NCBI GenBank assembly: GCA_011109175.1 | Contig: RDEW01000064.1 | Coordinates: 8,872-72,871 of the forward strand | DNA length: 64,000 bases | From: Dicyema japonicum | Taxonomy: Eukaryota > Animalia > Dicyemida | Direction of reading: 5' to 3' | Shown here: piece after piece, positions 13,451 through 26,635 of the stretch | Layout of the letters: each line of letters begins with the position of its first letter | Numbering within the stretch: position 1 is the first letter of the stretch | Translations under genes and position numbers: made by a program | The notes under the pieces: generated by a model | Databases searched by the model: none | Told to the model about the DNA's origin: nothing | What the model saw: only the letters and a program-made list of their open reading frames with translations

Positions 13451-13692
13451 CCTTAAATCATCCACGTGCACGTTTTTAAAAACTTACTGTCGATTTTATG
13501 TCAGCGCTGTCCTATCCATTTGCCCGACGTCATTCAATCAATCCACGAGGAGACTCCCAGTGCCAGGGTAGCAAAATATTTTTAATTTAAAATCATGAGA
13601 CGAATTATACAACCCCCAAAACCTCAATTAGAAAAGAATACAGAAAAGAGATAGTTTTTTAAAGATAGTCTTTAAAAATGAGATTTAGTGGG

Positions 13693-14224
13693 TTAGCCAT
13701 TGTGAGAACTTCTTAGTGATGCGACGTATGAGAATTTATGGGAGAACATTTTGATTGCTCGTCTCAAAATATCGTGTTTGGAATTCATGACGGCGGAGTA
13801 GTTATAATTACCAGTTTCAAGAGGAAACAAACCAAATCCAGGAAGTGTGAAAATATGCTTTATTTCTTCAATTTTTTTAAACCCAATCAATTCTGATCTG
13901 TTTAGGTTAATTAAAGTGGTAGGAAGTTTTTTTCTAATCTTGCCCATGTATCTGAGGATTTTCTCGTCGTCTGAGAAAAATACAAGATGGTTTTCAATAA
14001 AGGCAAATTTTCTCATAAACATAAAATACTTTTGAGGTCTACGAAACCCACCTGGTTTCATAAAACTTCCTATATTATAGTATCCACTCACTAATAAGAT
14101 GTCTTTGTTGTTGACATTTGTCTACATATTATAAACTCTTTACATCAATCGCAAACAACAATATACAAATAACAATCAAAAAAAGCAAGAAAATGATTCT
14201 TTTGCTTATACCTCTAATCCACAT
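13693..14224 (-). pseudogene. HtrL/YibB-like protein, copy 1, 3'-truncated
   Basis: ATG 14224; 27-aa exon with hydrophobic anchor; 22-nt intron 14143-14122. Follows the intact copy to FSYVA (~13720), then diverges into unrelated sequence before the WVDVG motif. Confidence 0.8.
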
Positions 14225-14300
14225 GTGAATTTATTTGTATCAGCGCTGAATAACTTATATCTGTGATGAATAATTTATATCTGTGATATTTTAGTTTCTT

Positions 14301-15152
14301 GTGGTGACGTGCATTCTTGTTTCTACTGTTGACAAGGAAGCATTTTCATCGGACCTATCTACGAAAGATTTTGATAGAGAAACCAATTGTAACGTAGATC
14401 AAGTGGTCAATGGGCTGTGTGAGACTCAAGAAAAAAGACTACCTCCTAGTCTGGTGTCACAGCCAGATTGCCGTGCAAATCTCCTTTCTTTAAATGCTAT
14501 TATCGACCAAGTGGATTATAAAGACAGATTTGATGGACGTCTAAAGTTGTTCGAGCTGATCAAGCAAGATTCGGGAGAATACTTCGTGGTGGCTAGCCGT
14601 TAATCACTTAGACTTTTCATGAGAAGCTTGGTATGTCCAATCGATTGCTAAGGTGAAGAGTTTGGCCAAGTTAAAGTGGTCAAAATCTAAGCCCTCTATG
14701 AATATTGATCATGGCAATAATGCATACAGCACGGAAATCTCTAATTTTAGAGTTTGTTCAAATGAATTTTGTGTCCAAATTAATCGAGTAAAATCCATGC
14801 CCCGTGTATTACGGAAGCCTACCAAAAAGTCCTAATCCACTTTCTCAACAAATAAATTCTCTCGGGGATTAACTCTTCGATATGGCAATATATCAATTCC
14901 TACTCTCCTGCTAATTTGGATGATTTTACAGATATCGTTTATGCTGGGCATTTGATGCTCTCTCCATCTACGAGAAATAAGAGCCATTGGGTTGAGCGCA
15001 TGCAAGGAAGACTTCTGAAGTTGAACAAACAGCTCAAGCAAATCTCGGTGCTTGTCGAACAGAAGGGAAATAAGAGGTTCGATGACGATACGAGAGATAC
15101 ACTGTGCCATTGTGGATATCGAAATTTGAAGAAGGGTGAATTAAAAGAATAG
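14301..15152 (+). CDS. Possible unknown gene or remnant, probably with micro-introns
   Basis: Three consecutive ORFs (100, 60, 78 aa) and an intron-like 22-mer gtatgt..ctaag at 14631-14652; no consistent splice model or family found. Confidence 0.25.
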
Positions 15153-15325
15153 TTAGTTGCATTCAGGATGAAATAAATATCGTGGAGAAAAAACTCAGAG
15201 TACATAAATCCCGGAAAGAATTCAGGAAACAAAATTGGTGCTTTGAACTCAATCGGAGGCTTTTTTATAGAAAGTTAAATGGAGAAACCAGGGATGCCAT
15301 ATTCTGTTTTAAAGAAAGTGAATGT

Positions 15326-17290
15326 CTAGCATTTTTGGAAAATATTTAGGAGAAGCAAGGAAAACACATATCCGATGAGTAGGAGAGTTACTGGAGTAGA
15401 AGACACACTTGTAGACTGCAAGAAAGAAGATATCCTTGAAATAATTAATTCCTGCCTAATTGGAAAGCCGGGCGGGTACAACTTTTTAAAAAAATTCACG
15501 TTGTCACCACAAATCTTTGTACTTCTGTTGGATCCTCTCAGCAGGATTTTGAATGCAAAATACCCAAAGATGACCATAGATTGCTTTGATCGAGGATCTC
15601 TTGCGTACGCCACAAATAATCTACTGTTCATGGAAGACTTGAAAATATTATCCCACAAAGAGGATGTTGTTTATGATGAATGAAGTTAATATGTTCTTCG
15701 AAGCTACTGGACTTGAACCAAATGCAGAAAAATCGGCTACTAATGTTTCTGGGTTGAGCTCCCAAGCCAAACTGCTGGATGGAATGGAGGGATGTCGATA
15801 CCTTGGTGTGTTGGAGGACAAAAATAGCATCGTCTTGAAAAACGAAGTTGTAAGACGATTTTTAATGGAGTTAAGAATAGAATTGACAACTTGGCAGTGA
15901 CAAAATTAAATTCTGGGAATTTGTTCAAGGCCATGAATGAGCATGCTTTATCTCTCCACAACTATTACATCGGATTAGTTGATATCGAACCAACTGAATT
16001 TGAACTCATTGATAAGGATAAACGAAAAATCCTTGTAAATCATAGGATTCACTTTAAATCCGGAAACAAAAAAAGATGTATTTACCAAAAGATCAGCTCA
16101 AAAAGGGTCTAGTCTCCATTACACACAAAATTGAACGCATGCTGCTCCAATTCCTATGGGATGTTGAAAAGAAATCATGCTATTGTCTGAGGAAGGCAGG
16201 AATTCTAGGGGCCTCAAATCAAAGAAAACTCATATGGCCACAATAATAGAATTCTCTACCGAAAAAATAAATTTCAAGAACCCGATATTCTCAAAATGGA
16301 CACATTGAAATAACTACAGAATAATGTTATTGGAACAAATACGTGCAAAACCATTGCATGGAATACTTTTCAACTGTCTTGATGATAACAATGTTGATAT
16401 AACAGAATCTTCCCTTTGGCTTTTGCCTAGAAACAATTCACCCAAATCCGATGGAATGTTGTGTCTAACTCAAGATCGTAATTTATTCTTCGATAGCATT
16501 GGCTCTATTTGTGGTCACTGTAGCACTGCTAAAAAAGTGTTGACCATTTGTCTAAAAGTTATAGTAGAATGCTGAACAGTGACTATCCTCGCCGACACAA
16601 CGAGGAAATGAGATGTATTCATCTGCACCTTGTCGATTATATGGGACAAAACACTCTAAGAAGCTCAAAACACACTCTGCAATCAATAGTCGCCAATGTT
16701 GAAATTCGTGTGGAGACCACAACTAATACCGAGACAAATATTGAGCATAACAAGCCTAATATATTTGTTATCGATAAACTGAAGATTACACTTATTGAGA
16801 TTGGCATCACTTCCCAGCAGGCACTAAAGCAAGTCGAAGTGGAAAAACTGCACAAATATGAACTGCTTGCAGGCGAATTGGGACTAATACATAATGCTAA
16901 GGTTACATTGTACCAATTGTGCTTACGTGGGATGGAATTGTATCAAGGTTTTATAAAGATCACCATGCTTCGCTTAATGTGGAGAGTCCTATAAGAGCGC
17001 ACATCCAATCTTAAGTGATCAAGAAAACCTTGGAGAGCATGCGAGTAGAACACAAATATGGACTTACTCTTTAAGAAGGATTGGTGGACGTTACCCTTAG
17101 AAAAGGACTAACGAGCCAAATATGCCACCTTGGACAGAAACAAAATGGACAAACTGGGACAACAAAGATTTTAGATGTTATTCAGGATGAGTCTGTGTTA
17201 TTGGTCGGGTCGGGCCATAAGAGAAGGGGTATGTGTTAGGAGGATAACATAGAAGGAGCCCCTACATTAGTTAATTTATCTCTGACGTTA
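15326..17290 (+). mobile_element. R4/Dong-like RLE non-LTR retrotransposon, 5'-truncated and decayed
   Basis: LFMEDLK (YxDD region), YLGVLE, CGHC zinc knuckle, RRHNE, HNKPNI..TLIEIGIT..EKLHKY RLE motifs; many frameshifts; PD changed to PN. Confidence 0.8.
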
Positions 17291-17689
17291 ATCTTATTAT
17301 TATTTTTTTCTGTATGAATAATTTATCAGCGATGAATAATTTATTTACATCAGAGTTGAATATGACATACAGAAACTTTCTTGAATTTCGCCACTTTTAA
17401 ATTTGCAATTCTGAAATTTGCCATTTTTATCGTTATTTTCTATTTTCCAACGATATTTACCAATTCTACAATTTATCACAATTTTTGAAAATTATTTTAA
17501 TTTTTTAATAAAAATGGTTTAATGCAAAAACAAATAGCAACGCAACGTCAGTAATGTTGGCGGGGACCACTTTGGATCGATTGCTGTGTTTATTAATTAA
17601 TCGTTACTTTAAAAAAATTTTTTAAATCCAATTAAAGTATAAAATGCCACGACCATCCTGGGGATCGATATATCATGAGCTTTCGACAC

Positions 17690-18657
17690 CATTAGCCGAC
17701 ACAAGCTAATGGTTGTCTTTCATCAATTTGTGGACCAATCATTGCTACGGATAATCAGAGTACTTCTCTCAAGTACTGAACTGTCAGTCCGAATTGGGAG
17801 AACCATACAAAACTACAATCGGCACTCTTCAGGGAGACTCCTTCTCCTCCTTACTATTTGTTATATATCTCGAAGCTGCACTAAAGGATCTAAGAACTTG
17901 CTATGAAGGAAAAATAAACGAAGTCGTATACGCGGATGGTGTGGATTTTATATCCGAGGATACAGTAGCTCTCAAACATCTGCTGGAAAATGCACCGGAC
18001 AAACTGGGGGAATGGTTTCTCATCGTTAACCGAGCCAAAACGGAAATCACGGAAATCAAAAGAATGGAAAACATCCTTAATGAACGTTGGCGACATGTTA
18101 ATAAGCTTGGATCCCTACTGGGGGACACAGAAGACATCATCAAAAGGAAAACACTTGCAGGAGTAGCAATGCGAAAACTCAAAAAGGGATGGCTGAAAGG
18201 ACTAGATGTCAATCTGCGGACACGCATGTACAATGCATTTGTGAAACCGATACTGACATACAATGCTGGTACTTGGGCCTGTACAGGTGCGGAATCAATG
18301 GCTCTCGATGGGTTCCACAGAAAACAGCTTAGAGTATTATTTGGCATGCAGTGGCCAGCCAGAATCTCGAATACCGGTATTTACAAAAAATGCAAGAGTA
18401 GGCCTCTAAGCCTGGAAATCACTGACGCCCGGTGGAGACTGTTTGGTCACGTACTACGCATGGATCTTGCTGCCCCGGCTAATGTGGCGATGGAGGACCA
18501 TTTCATGTTCGAGGGCAAATGCTTCCGTGGCAGACCAAGGATGACCCTGCCTATCATGCTGCACAAAGACCTCCAAAGGATGAAGAAATGCCTAAAGACG
18601 GGAGACGATCTGGACAAGCTGAGATCGACTGCGTGTAGGATAGAAGAGGCTAACTAA
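17690..18657 (+). mobile_element. RTE-like LINE, RT 3' part
   Basis: GTLQGDSFSSLLFVIYLE, YADG, YNAFVKPILTYNAGTW, WPARISN. Confidence 0.85.
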
Positions 18658-19079
18658 TAACATTGTTTCTTGTATTGCACATGCTTTGCTATAACTATTA
18701 TGGCAAGGCGATAAGTGCTGTAATAATAATAAAGTATAAAATATATTTTCGTGTTATTGGCACAAATCATAGTTGTGGTTGCGCTCAGTGCAAGTTCTGA
18801 ATGGAAGAGAGCCGTTCGACTTTCCCTACCTTTCTGCGATCTTCAGAAGGGTGGTTTACCAAAACTCATATGTGATTTCAAAAAAGTAACAATGGAATCA
18901 AATATTATAACAAATCTATCCAATCTTTTTCCTTTTAATAACCATCTAATTTCTGTAGAAGCAAAATAACATAATCTTCCCTTGTTCAATACAATATTCA
19001 CGGGAAGACGATCGCATTTATTAATAAGTTATTTTTTATTCTTTTGTTATAGTTTTGGTTTAGAATTATAAAAGATTCA

Positions 19080-19230
19080 ATATCTCTTCCTAGTGATTGA
19101 GGTTGCTTGCGTTATGCGTCTTCTAATAAGCGAGATGGCTTCATCGCTTCATTAGAAATATCCCCACCACATTGCAAACACAAGGGTTTATGTGGATCCT
19201 TTGGACTTTGAATAGCCATATGATAAATGG
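19080..19230 (-). mobile_element. hAT (Buster-like) N-terminal zinc-finger remnant; related pieces at 39130-39215 and 51050-51180
   Basis: KPLCLQCGGDISNEAMKPSRL matches the C..C..LSNEAMKPSKL motif. Confidence 0.6.
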
Positions 19231-19599
19231 TTTCCTTGACGAAAAGTAGAGGGTATTGGCTTCTCACCACAACTCCTGCCATATCTGGAGTCGACCGAAA
19301 ATACCCATTGCATTAAACAGTTTTAATCCAAGGAGTCCGCACCAGTCTTTTATCTTTTCCATATACACATTGAGTCTCCTCTCCGAGATCATATTCGATC
19401 TCGACACATCAGATTGTAGCACGTCGTCTTCGTATATCAGAGATCTCGTACTTGGTGACCTCGGAGACGGGAAACCGGCCATTAGAACATTAAAACCGGA
19501 CGGTAGCTAACTGGATCCTTCTTTGGTCTTCCTGTTTTCGCTACCATCCGTAGAATCGTCTTCTTCAACTCACGTGGAACTTGACCAATCTTAATACTT

Positions 19600-20130
19600 G
19601 CATTGAACATGTCCTTGAGAACTTTTTGGGGGCCTTCTTTGAACATCCTGACTTTGATGAAATCACTGCCAGGAGTTTATTCTTGACAGCTCTTTTGCCA
19701 TCTTCAAATCTTCTAGATAGATCTCTATAAATGCTGTTTTCTCAACACTGGTTCATAACAAGGAGTTTATTCTTGACAGCTCTTTTGCCATCTTCAAATC
19801 TTCTAGATAGATCTCTATAAATGCTGTTTTCTCAACACTGGTTCATAACAAGGAGGTCAATGATTTTGGGAGAAAAGTCTAGGCGGTCCTGTAGATCTAT
19901 GCATCTCCTCAGTTTATTCTTATCGACACAATCTTCTTGATGTGCCAGGGAAAATGGACAACATAGTTTCTTTAGTATATTTTTCTGGCAACATTATCCA
20001 GACAGTATAATATCAGATCCGTTAATCGTTTACTTGTTTTATCAATTTCCAGAGGAATCTTGGGCTCACTGTGGCCTAACATTAACTCCTTTGCAATGAA
20101 CATCCTATAGTCATGCCAGTTTAGATTATT
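19600..20130 (-). mobile_element. R4-like element fragment homologous to 41430-41770; contains a 90-bp tandem duplication (19671-19853)
   Basis: Long shared nucleotide tracts, e.g. ttgacagctcttttgccatc and gatccgttaatcgtttacttgttttatcaatttccagagg. Confidence 0.7.
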
Positions 20131-20149
20131 CGCATTTTAACAGACAAAG

Positions 20150-20800
20150 ACTCCAGGTTTATTAGATAGTTCTTTTTATATTCGATTATTTTTTTTAGAC
20201 AGCTCCACCAAAAAGTCGCATGCTTGCAGATCTACTATTGGGTCACCAACTTCTATGTGGGAGATGTGGGTGATTCTTAGATGTTCTTCATATCGAGACT
20301 TAGGGATCAGAGTGTTGGTTGATGAAGAGGATAAGTCGGTGCAAATATGAAAAACCTGTGGAGAAGAAGACAGCCTTGTAAGCATTAGTTGTTCATTTTA
20401 GGGGAAGGACGTTTGAGCCCAAGTGAGGGGTGGTCGTGGGTTAGTCTATGATGTAAGCTGACTTACGGTATTTGGTGGTATTTTGCCACGTGGGTTGGTC
20501 ATCCTGTCTTCATTCTCTCCGTGAGCACGGAAAAGGTTTCAGGGCAGGATGCATTGGAAAACCAAAGTTCTGAACAATGGAAGTAGAGGATGCACTAGGC
20601 AGGAGGCATTGGAAAACCAAAGTTCTGGTAGATTTTTAGAATGCAAGCCAGCTACTTGGAATCTCCTTGGAAAGGTAAACCGCATGGCTCCTCTTAGGAA
20701 TTGAAAAAGGCAAAGAGTAAGTAGGTAACACTGTGGGTTTTCTGTTCTTCTAATTCCCCTGTCCAACTAGGATGAAGTCCGATTCGAAGAACTATGCAAA
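20150..20800 (-). pseudogene. MFS/SLC17-like transporter remnant, paralogous to 12.6-13.4 kb
   Basis: CYLLTLCLFQFLRG and EEHLRITHISHIE resemble SLC17 segments (TQ..GG; P..H..IS..E); broken frames. Confidence 0.4.
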
Positions 20801-22568
20801 ATTCAGTGGAGACATTTCCAGTGCCAAAATATCATTCAAGAGTGGAATTGCAGTCGACGGGTTAAAATATTGCGTCTATTCGTAGCGTTGTATGTTGTAT
20901 GTTTAATCAATCACGTGCAAGCTTATATCAGATTTCTCGTTTTGCGAGGGAATGAAATTACTGTTTATTTATTTACTCCCGGTTTGGTTGGACGAGATTA
21001 GAACCAGGTCCTACTCACATCAGACACTTAGTTGGAAACTTCGGATTTCCGACGTCTCGACAGTGATCATGAGAAAGAGGAAGATAAGCCCTTTTATCCC
21101 CCACGCAGCTAAGTAGACATTTCTTGCAAAGTTACGCCACCACCTCGAACTTTTATCTAATTAACCACGGAAAATTTTTTTTCAGCTTCAGAATCAGCCG
21201 TGTCACCGTATTCTGCATCCCATATCTTTCTTCCATCTGAGGAACCCCATATCTGCTCAAAACATAACCACGTGGACCTCATTTTTCGAGAGCGCAACAG
21301 TTCCGTAATCAAACGTCCTACAAACGTTCAATTGGACCAAGCGACTCTACCCGTTCTTATCTTCTCCGAACTCAAATAAAGGCTGATCCTTTACCTCCCA
21401 ACTGAATCATCAACAAGTGATACGAAGTACTTAGAAGGTCGACCGCTAGAACAGAAATAAATGTAAGAAGATCATTTTGAGAGACAATTGAAAAGGTCGA
21501 ATCGACTCCGGCTTACGGATCAATACCTTCATCGGAAATAATGAAACAAGCCTCGACGAGAGACAGTCTGCATCTGGAATTCTACCCGACTAGGATTGAA
21601 AAATATCGAGCACACCTCGGACCCGTCGATATATACGAATACCACACAAACGATGCTGTGTCTGCGAACACTCGGTTGGATAACACTTGGTCAGAAGCTT
21701 TCAAAATAGGGTTAACAGTGGCAATTTCTGGTAGAAGATTCACACATGTGAACCTCGTCCTTATCGAAAATGTACAAGAACACAGTCTGAACACCAGGAA
21801 AAAATGCGAAGACTGCTAGGGATACCGAGATCACCTGAATTTTTTCATTCTGGTTATGACGGTGGTTTTTGGTTAATAAAAAGGAATAGAGGTAGATAGG
21901 GGTGGTGCCCACATCGTAGATAAAATTAACAAACCCGCGTGGTCATATCTAAATATGTGTCTGATATTATTTAAAGTGAGACGATCTTCTGATTTCAACA
22001 CACGTTTAATGATGTCCCAAAAAACCTAGCACGTGGTTTGAGTCTCTCACTAGAGATCACTTATATCACTATTATCTCAAATTGAATAGCTAACTCTGTG
22101 AGAAGCACCTGGTGTAATTTTCTGTGAGAGGATCTTCAATGTTCAAGGTCAACCTCTTGATCCCTTCCTCCTAGTCTGATAGATCTCCCATAGTTGGTAA
22201 AAAATGCTACGTGGGTGACTCAAGTTTCACCTTTAGCACGAAATTTTAATTTAATGCAATTCAAGCGTAACAACGTACATTCAATCTCATTCAAGTAAAA
22301 GAGTCGGCTAACTTCAAAACAATTTGAATCACTCTTCACGGGGACAAAATAATAAACGTTGTGCTAGGAACTGCCAGAATAATCACCTCTGACTTGTCGG
22401 AAACAGTAAAAACCACCATTTTAACAAATTTCTGCGAATTCTTAATGATTTGTTCATCAAGGTAATAAAGCGGTAAAGTTCGCGCAAAGTCACCAACTCA
22501 TGCTAGCATGTGATTTACACAAAAAACCGTCAAATCTATTTTTACTTCGTTTTTATTAATAAATTATT

Positions 22569-25500
22569 TGTTACAGTCCATACACGCGAGACGCCGTAAA
22601 TGCGAGATTCATCACAAAATACAAAAAAAAATTTCTTAGTAAAACTTTAATTGAAAAAAATTATTAATAATATTAAAATTACATATAGTACATATTTTAT
22701 TTAAAATATTAATTATAAAACATTTATCTAGTGAACCTAACACGTGATACCTTGGAAAAAATTAGAATTTACTGTGCTACTGGTAAGATAGATATGAGAC
22801 TGGAGAGAACGGGCAAAAATCAAATGATGTGCCGAACAATTCATTTTCAAAGACCCTACATTATAAAAAATGGTATAGAACTTAGAATCAGCACTTGCAA
22901 GAGTTACGCGATAAATTTTCCATTTCGCATGTCACAGGACGTCCACGAGCTCCTTGGATACAAGGACAAGTAGAGCGGTTTTTGTTTTTTATCTCAATAG
23001 ATTTAACCAATTTTTTTTTTTTTTTTAAATCAAAAATTTATTAACAATAAAATATTATTTATTTACTATGGGGGAGAGCGGCTGCTGACATCACGGAGTA
23101 AGCATTTCCGCGAATAACTGCGATACCAATTCTTTGCCTCAGCCAGACCGCTTCCCGCACGTCTTTCTTGCGGTGGGCCAATTTTCCCTTGATTGCTTTT
23201 AGGAAAGAGGCTGTAATACTTCCAGCCGCACCAGACGTCTCGATTGCTATCGGTACAAAACGGTAGCGGTCTCCAATTTTGCCATACTTTTTAATCTTGA
23301 TTTTTTCGGGCAGATCTGCTGCCGATCCAGCAGACTGCGCCGAGCTCAGCATCATCGAGTTCGAGAAAGAATCCACAACAGTGCAGTCCCATACGAGCGA
23401 TTTTCCTTCAGTGAACGGAAAGATAGTTAACCCATCCGGTCTTTTCCCATCTCCGCGGTCCAATCCCACAGGTTCCAATACTGCCAGGAAGCCTGCCGCT
23501 TCAAGAGCTCGCAAGACAATGTTGTTCATAGCAGCATGGCGGGGTGCTCTGCCCGCACTCCTTTTGCACGAGAGCGGGTGCAGCCCTTTGGCATCGACGA
23601 TCCCTCCGTTCGACGCAAACATCAGCTCCCAGGCGTTGTGCGATTCCAATCCGAATACAGTCATCGTCCAATAGGGTCCCCAGGGAGCAAGACGGGAGTG
23701 CATCCAGCCACGCTTTGCTCCCATGGTTGGCGGCGGACACGAGGCATGCAAGACGATGCTGGTTGGCCTCAGACTTTAGCACGTCGAAGATATTCTTGGA
23801 GTAAATATCATCCCAGTCACGTTGCCTCGAAGGATCGTTCGGCATATCCAAACCAGTTTCACACTATTCGCAACGAGCTTCGTCGAAGACTTTTCCCCAA
23901 GAGAGTCCGGTTGTAATACGTAGGATTTCTTGGACCAAAAGGCTTCCACTTGAGAGCGATGACACATATGCTGGATAGGCGATCTCCAGCGCCGACCTGA
24001 AACCCGTTCTTCCGAGGCGTGTAGGAAGCTTGCATTGGTTCCAACTCGGCGCATCAAACTGGATGTTTAGAAGTAATTCAGCTGATTTTCTCAATGTTCT
24101 ATCCAGTGACAGGAGGATGTCACGATGTTTGAAGCAGGGAGAACATCGGAGAGCATATAGGAGTTTGGGCAAGCCGATGCTATTCTTCAAAAGGAAGAAC
24201 GCTGTATGACCATCGAGTAAGGAAAGTTTCTCCGTGACTCTGGAGAGTTCATCCTCTTTTGTTTGTAGATGGCTCCGCAGTTCCTTTTCGTCAAGTGGGC
24301 GCCCAAGAAAGTATGTCCGCTCCCTGGGTACGACAGTAATTCCAGGTAATACCGAGTTGAAAGACTCGACCACGTTGATGAAATCACTCTCCGAGTATGT
24401 GATATTTATTAGCTCCGATTTCTTTATGTTTATCTCAAGTCCGAGGTTTCGTAGTGCTGGAACACCTCGCAGCATGCACTGCCGCCTCGCATCCGTTCCT
24501 TACACCAACCCCCAGTTGGAGGGGGGAAAATTCTTCAGATATTCGGGAGAGACAATGCTGCATGCAATTTTCGCTGTCAATCTTCTGAAATAGTTGCCGA
24601 CTGCGATGGTGCGGACCCCACCTTCAGGTTTTTTGAAGGCCAATAAATGTGCAATGAAAAGGAGCTCCCTTGCATGGGGAGGAATATCTCCGTTCAAAAT
24701 ACGCATAACCAGTTTTGTAATTGATTTGACAAGGTTGCATCCAGCTTCTGCAGTAGCCTCCGCCGTAAGATCTTTGATGTGACCCGGCCGCAAGCCATCG
24801 ATGCCACCACTGCTACTCGCCGCAAAGAACGAAATGCCGCGTCGCACTTCGCCTTCGGTGACGGTCATCCTTGACAAATTTTTCGGAAGCACGAATGGGC
24901 GGTAATCTTCCGGAGCACATGGATGTTTATGTCTGAGTAGTTCTAGCACCTCAGGTGTCGCAGCCATGAAAGTTTCGTCGCTGGCGACGACGCGCAACGC
25001 CGCTCGGACGTCGCCTTCGAATAGTTTGCGGTTCACTCTCTCTTTAAGTTTTTCCGGGCCATTCAAATAAACCGGAGGATTGGAATCAGAATGTCTTGAT
25101 TTCTTGACTTCCGTCTTGGTGAGAGAATGCACATAAAAAACCTGGATGTTCTTCTTCATTTTTGAGGAAAGGGAGTTTCCAAGTGTCGTGCTTTCCTCTG
25201 TATTCCGTTGATCTCCCTTTGAGTCGATAAATGGAATTCCAAGGGCCATCGGAGCAAAACTGAGGAGTATTAGCGAGGCCTCTAGGTCGTCGGACGTGAG
25301 AGCATCGTCAATTGCAGAGGCCAGGCATGTAGCCGCGGGGATCCGGACGGGTCTTGGGATCCTGATTGGGATCTTCCTGGCTTTCCTTAGATCCGACAAG
25401 AAGAGCAAGAGGTTGTCCATATTATTGAAGTCTAGAGGCTCGTTTGGTTCAACGTGCTCGTTTGGAATGATCCTCGGGGTTTTCCAACCAGTTCCCATGC

Positions 25501-25900
25501 AGACACTGCAGTTCCAAAGGCAGAGCGAGCACGCAGCCCGCTGAGACATCTTTATGCATCCAAGGTGGAAAAAGTCACGGCAAGACGAGCAGAAAAGTCC
25601 ATATTTGCGTGCATTGGCAAAACCGCATGTAGAGCATGTAGTGTCCAGTCTCTCAGGTGTAATGTGTCCATTGTATGAACGACGCTCCATGATGATACAA
25701 TTATTCACAACAAGACAAACAATTTGTATTCAATTAATTAAAAGATGGGTTTTTTCCACGAGTTCATTCAAGGGATATTGGAAGTTATATTGACTTCATA
25801 AAAGATATTGTACGGGATTATAGTAAATCAAAACTTCATACAACAAGACAGCGGCCTTTTGAGATTATTACAACGTCAAACTAACAAAGCAATCAATCGA
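22569..25900 (+). mobile_element. Ginger2-like integrase transposon remnant interrupted by a CRE insertion
   Basis: TIR-like TGTTACAGTCC at 22569. GRPRAPWIQGQVER, then a 23-nt intron (22978-23000), FNQ, the CRE insertion, then LIKRW..and HTTRQRPFEI after 25731. Right TIR not found. Confidence 0.7.
23013..25730 (-). mobile_element. CRE-like RLE retrotransposon with both ends, an N-terminal PHD finger and a deleted RT core
   Basis: Poly(A) at 23011-23026, CAATT duplicated at 23008-23012 and 25731-25735, ATG 25690, PHD at 25499-25636. RT jumps from EAAVHAAR directly to the post-YLDD region near 24470. RLE domain HPLSC..RH..RPDG..WDCTVVD..ET.G. Confidence 0.9.
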
Positions 25901-26250
25901 TCAATTATTATTGGATTTAAATTAGGAGTAGGTTAAAGGTGAACACAAGAGGAGAGGCCATAATTAAAATTGGCAAGTAGTCCGACTCGCTGTAAAAAAG
26001 AGTCTCTCCTTTAGCTTTATATATTTTATTATATAAAAAATTAAAATAACTACTTCCGATTTATGTGTTCGTACTCTCAACATAGAATCAATTGTAATAG
26101 CTTTTTCCTTTATAAAAGTGTCGTGGTTCTATAACACAAATTTTTATTATCACGTAAAAGTTAAATCAAAATTATTCAATGACTTAACATATCTTTAATT
26201 AAGTGTGGCTGCTCTAGAGTTAATATAATGGAATTATAAATTTCAAAAAG

Positions 26251-26322
26251 TTTAGCGTCCGGGAATAGAACCCTGGTATCCGAAATGAAAATCCGAAATC
26301 TTAACCACTAGACCAACGCGGA
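26251..26322 (-). tRNA. tRNA-Glu(TTC)-like, probably a pseudogene
   Basis: TCCGCGTTGGTCTAGTGGTTAAGA..TTTTCAT..GGTTCTATTCCCGG; anticodon TTC in a 5-bp stem; two acceptor-stem mismatches and T-loop TTCTA rather than TTCGA. Confidence 0.75.
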
Positions 26323-26392
26323 GTGTTTCTGTTGACGTCAACTATTGATGGCTTGTTAGTTAAGTATTTCCTATTTTACATAATTTTTTCAT

Positions 26393-26635
26393 TTATATTT
26401 TCCTCGGACATTGTATTTTGAGAGGTGACGCCGATGAAACCTGTATGTTTTCAAGCTCCTGTTTACTTTCCTTCAGGTTCACGTATAACAGAATGGATCG
26501 GATAAACGTTTTATAAAATTTAGTCCTAGTCCGAGTGAGATGTGCCTTCTTCGTACAAATATTCCAAATTTTCTTAAAGATAGTGCCCAGTAACTTCCTT
26601 CTGCTGATATCCCCGGGGTATCCCAAAGTGAGCAA
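26393..26635 (-). mobile_element. RTE-like C-terminal fragment
   Basis: RTKFYKTFIRSILLY..CPRKI. Confidence 0.55.

Noticed and set aside
26060-26140. Candidate right TIR for the 22569 Ginger-like element
   Set aside because: Only a partial match and no target-site duplication.
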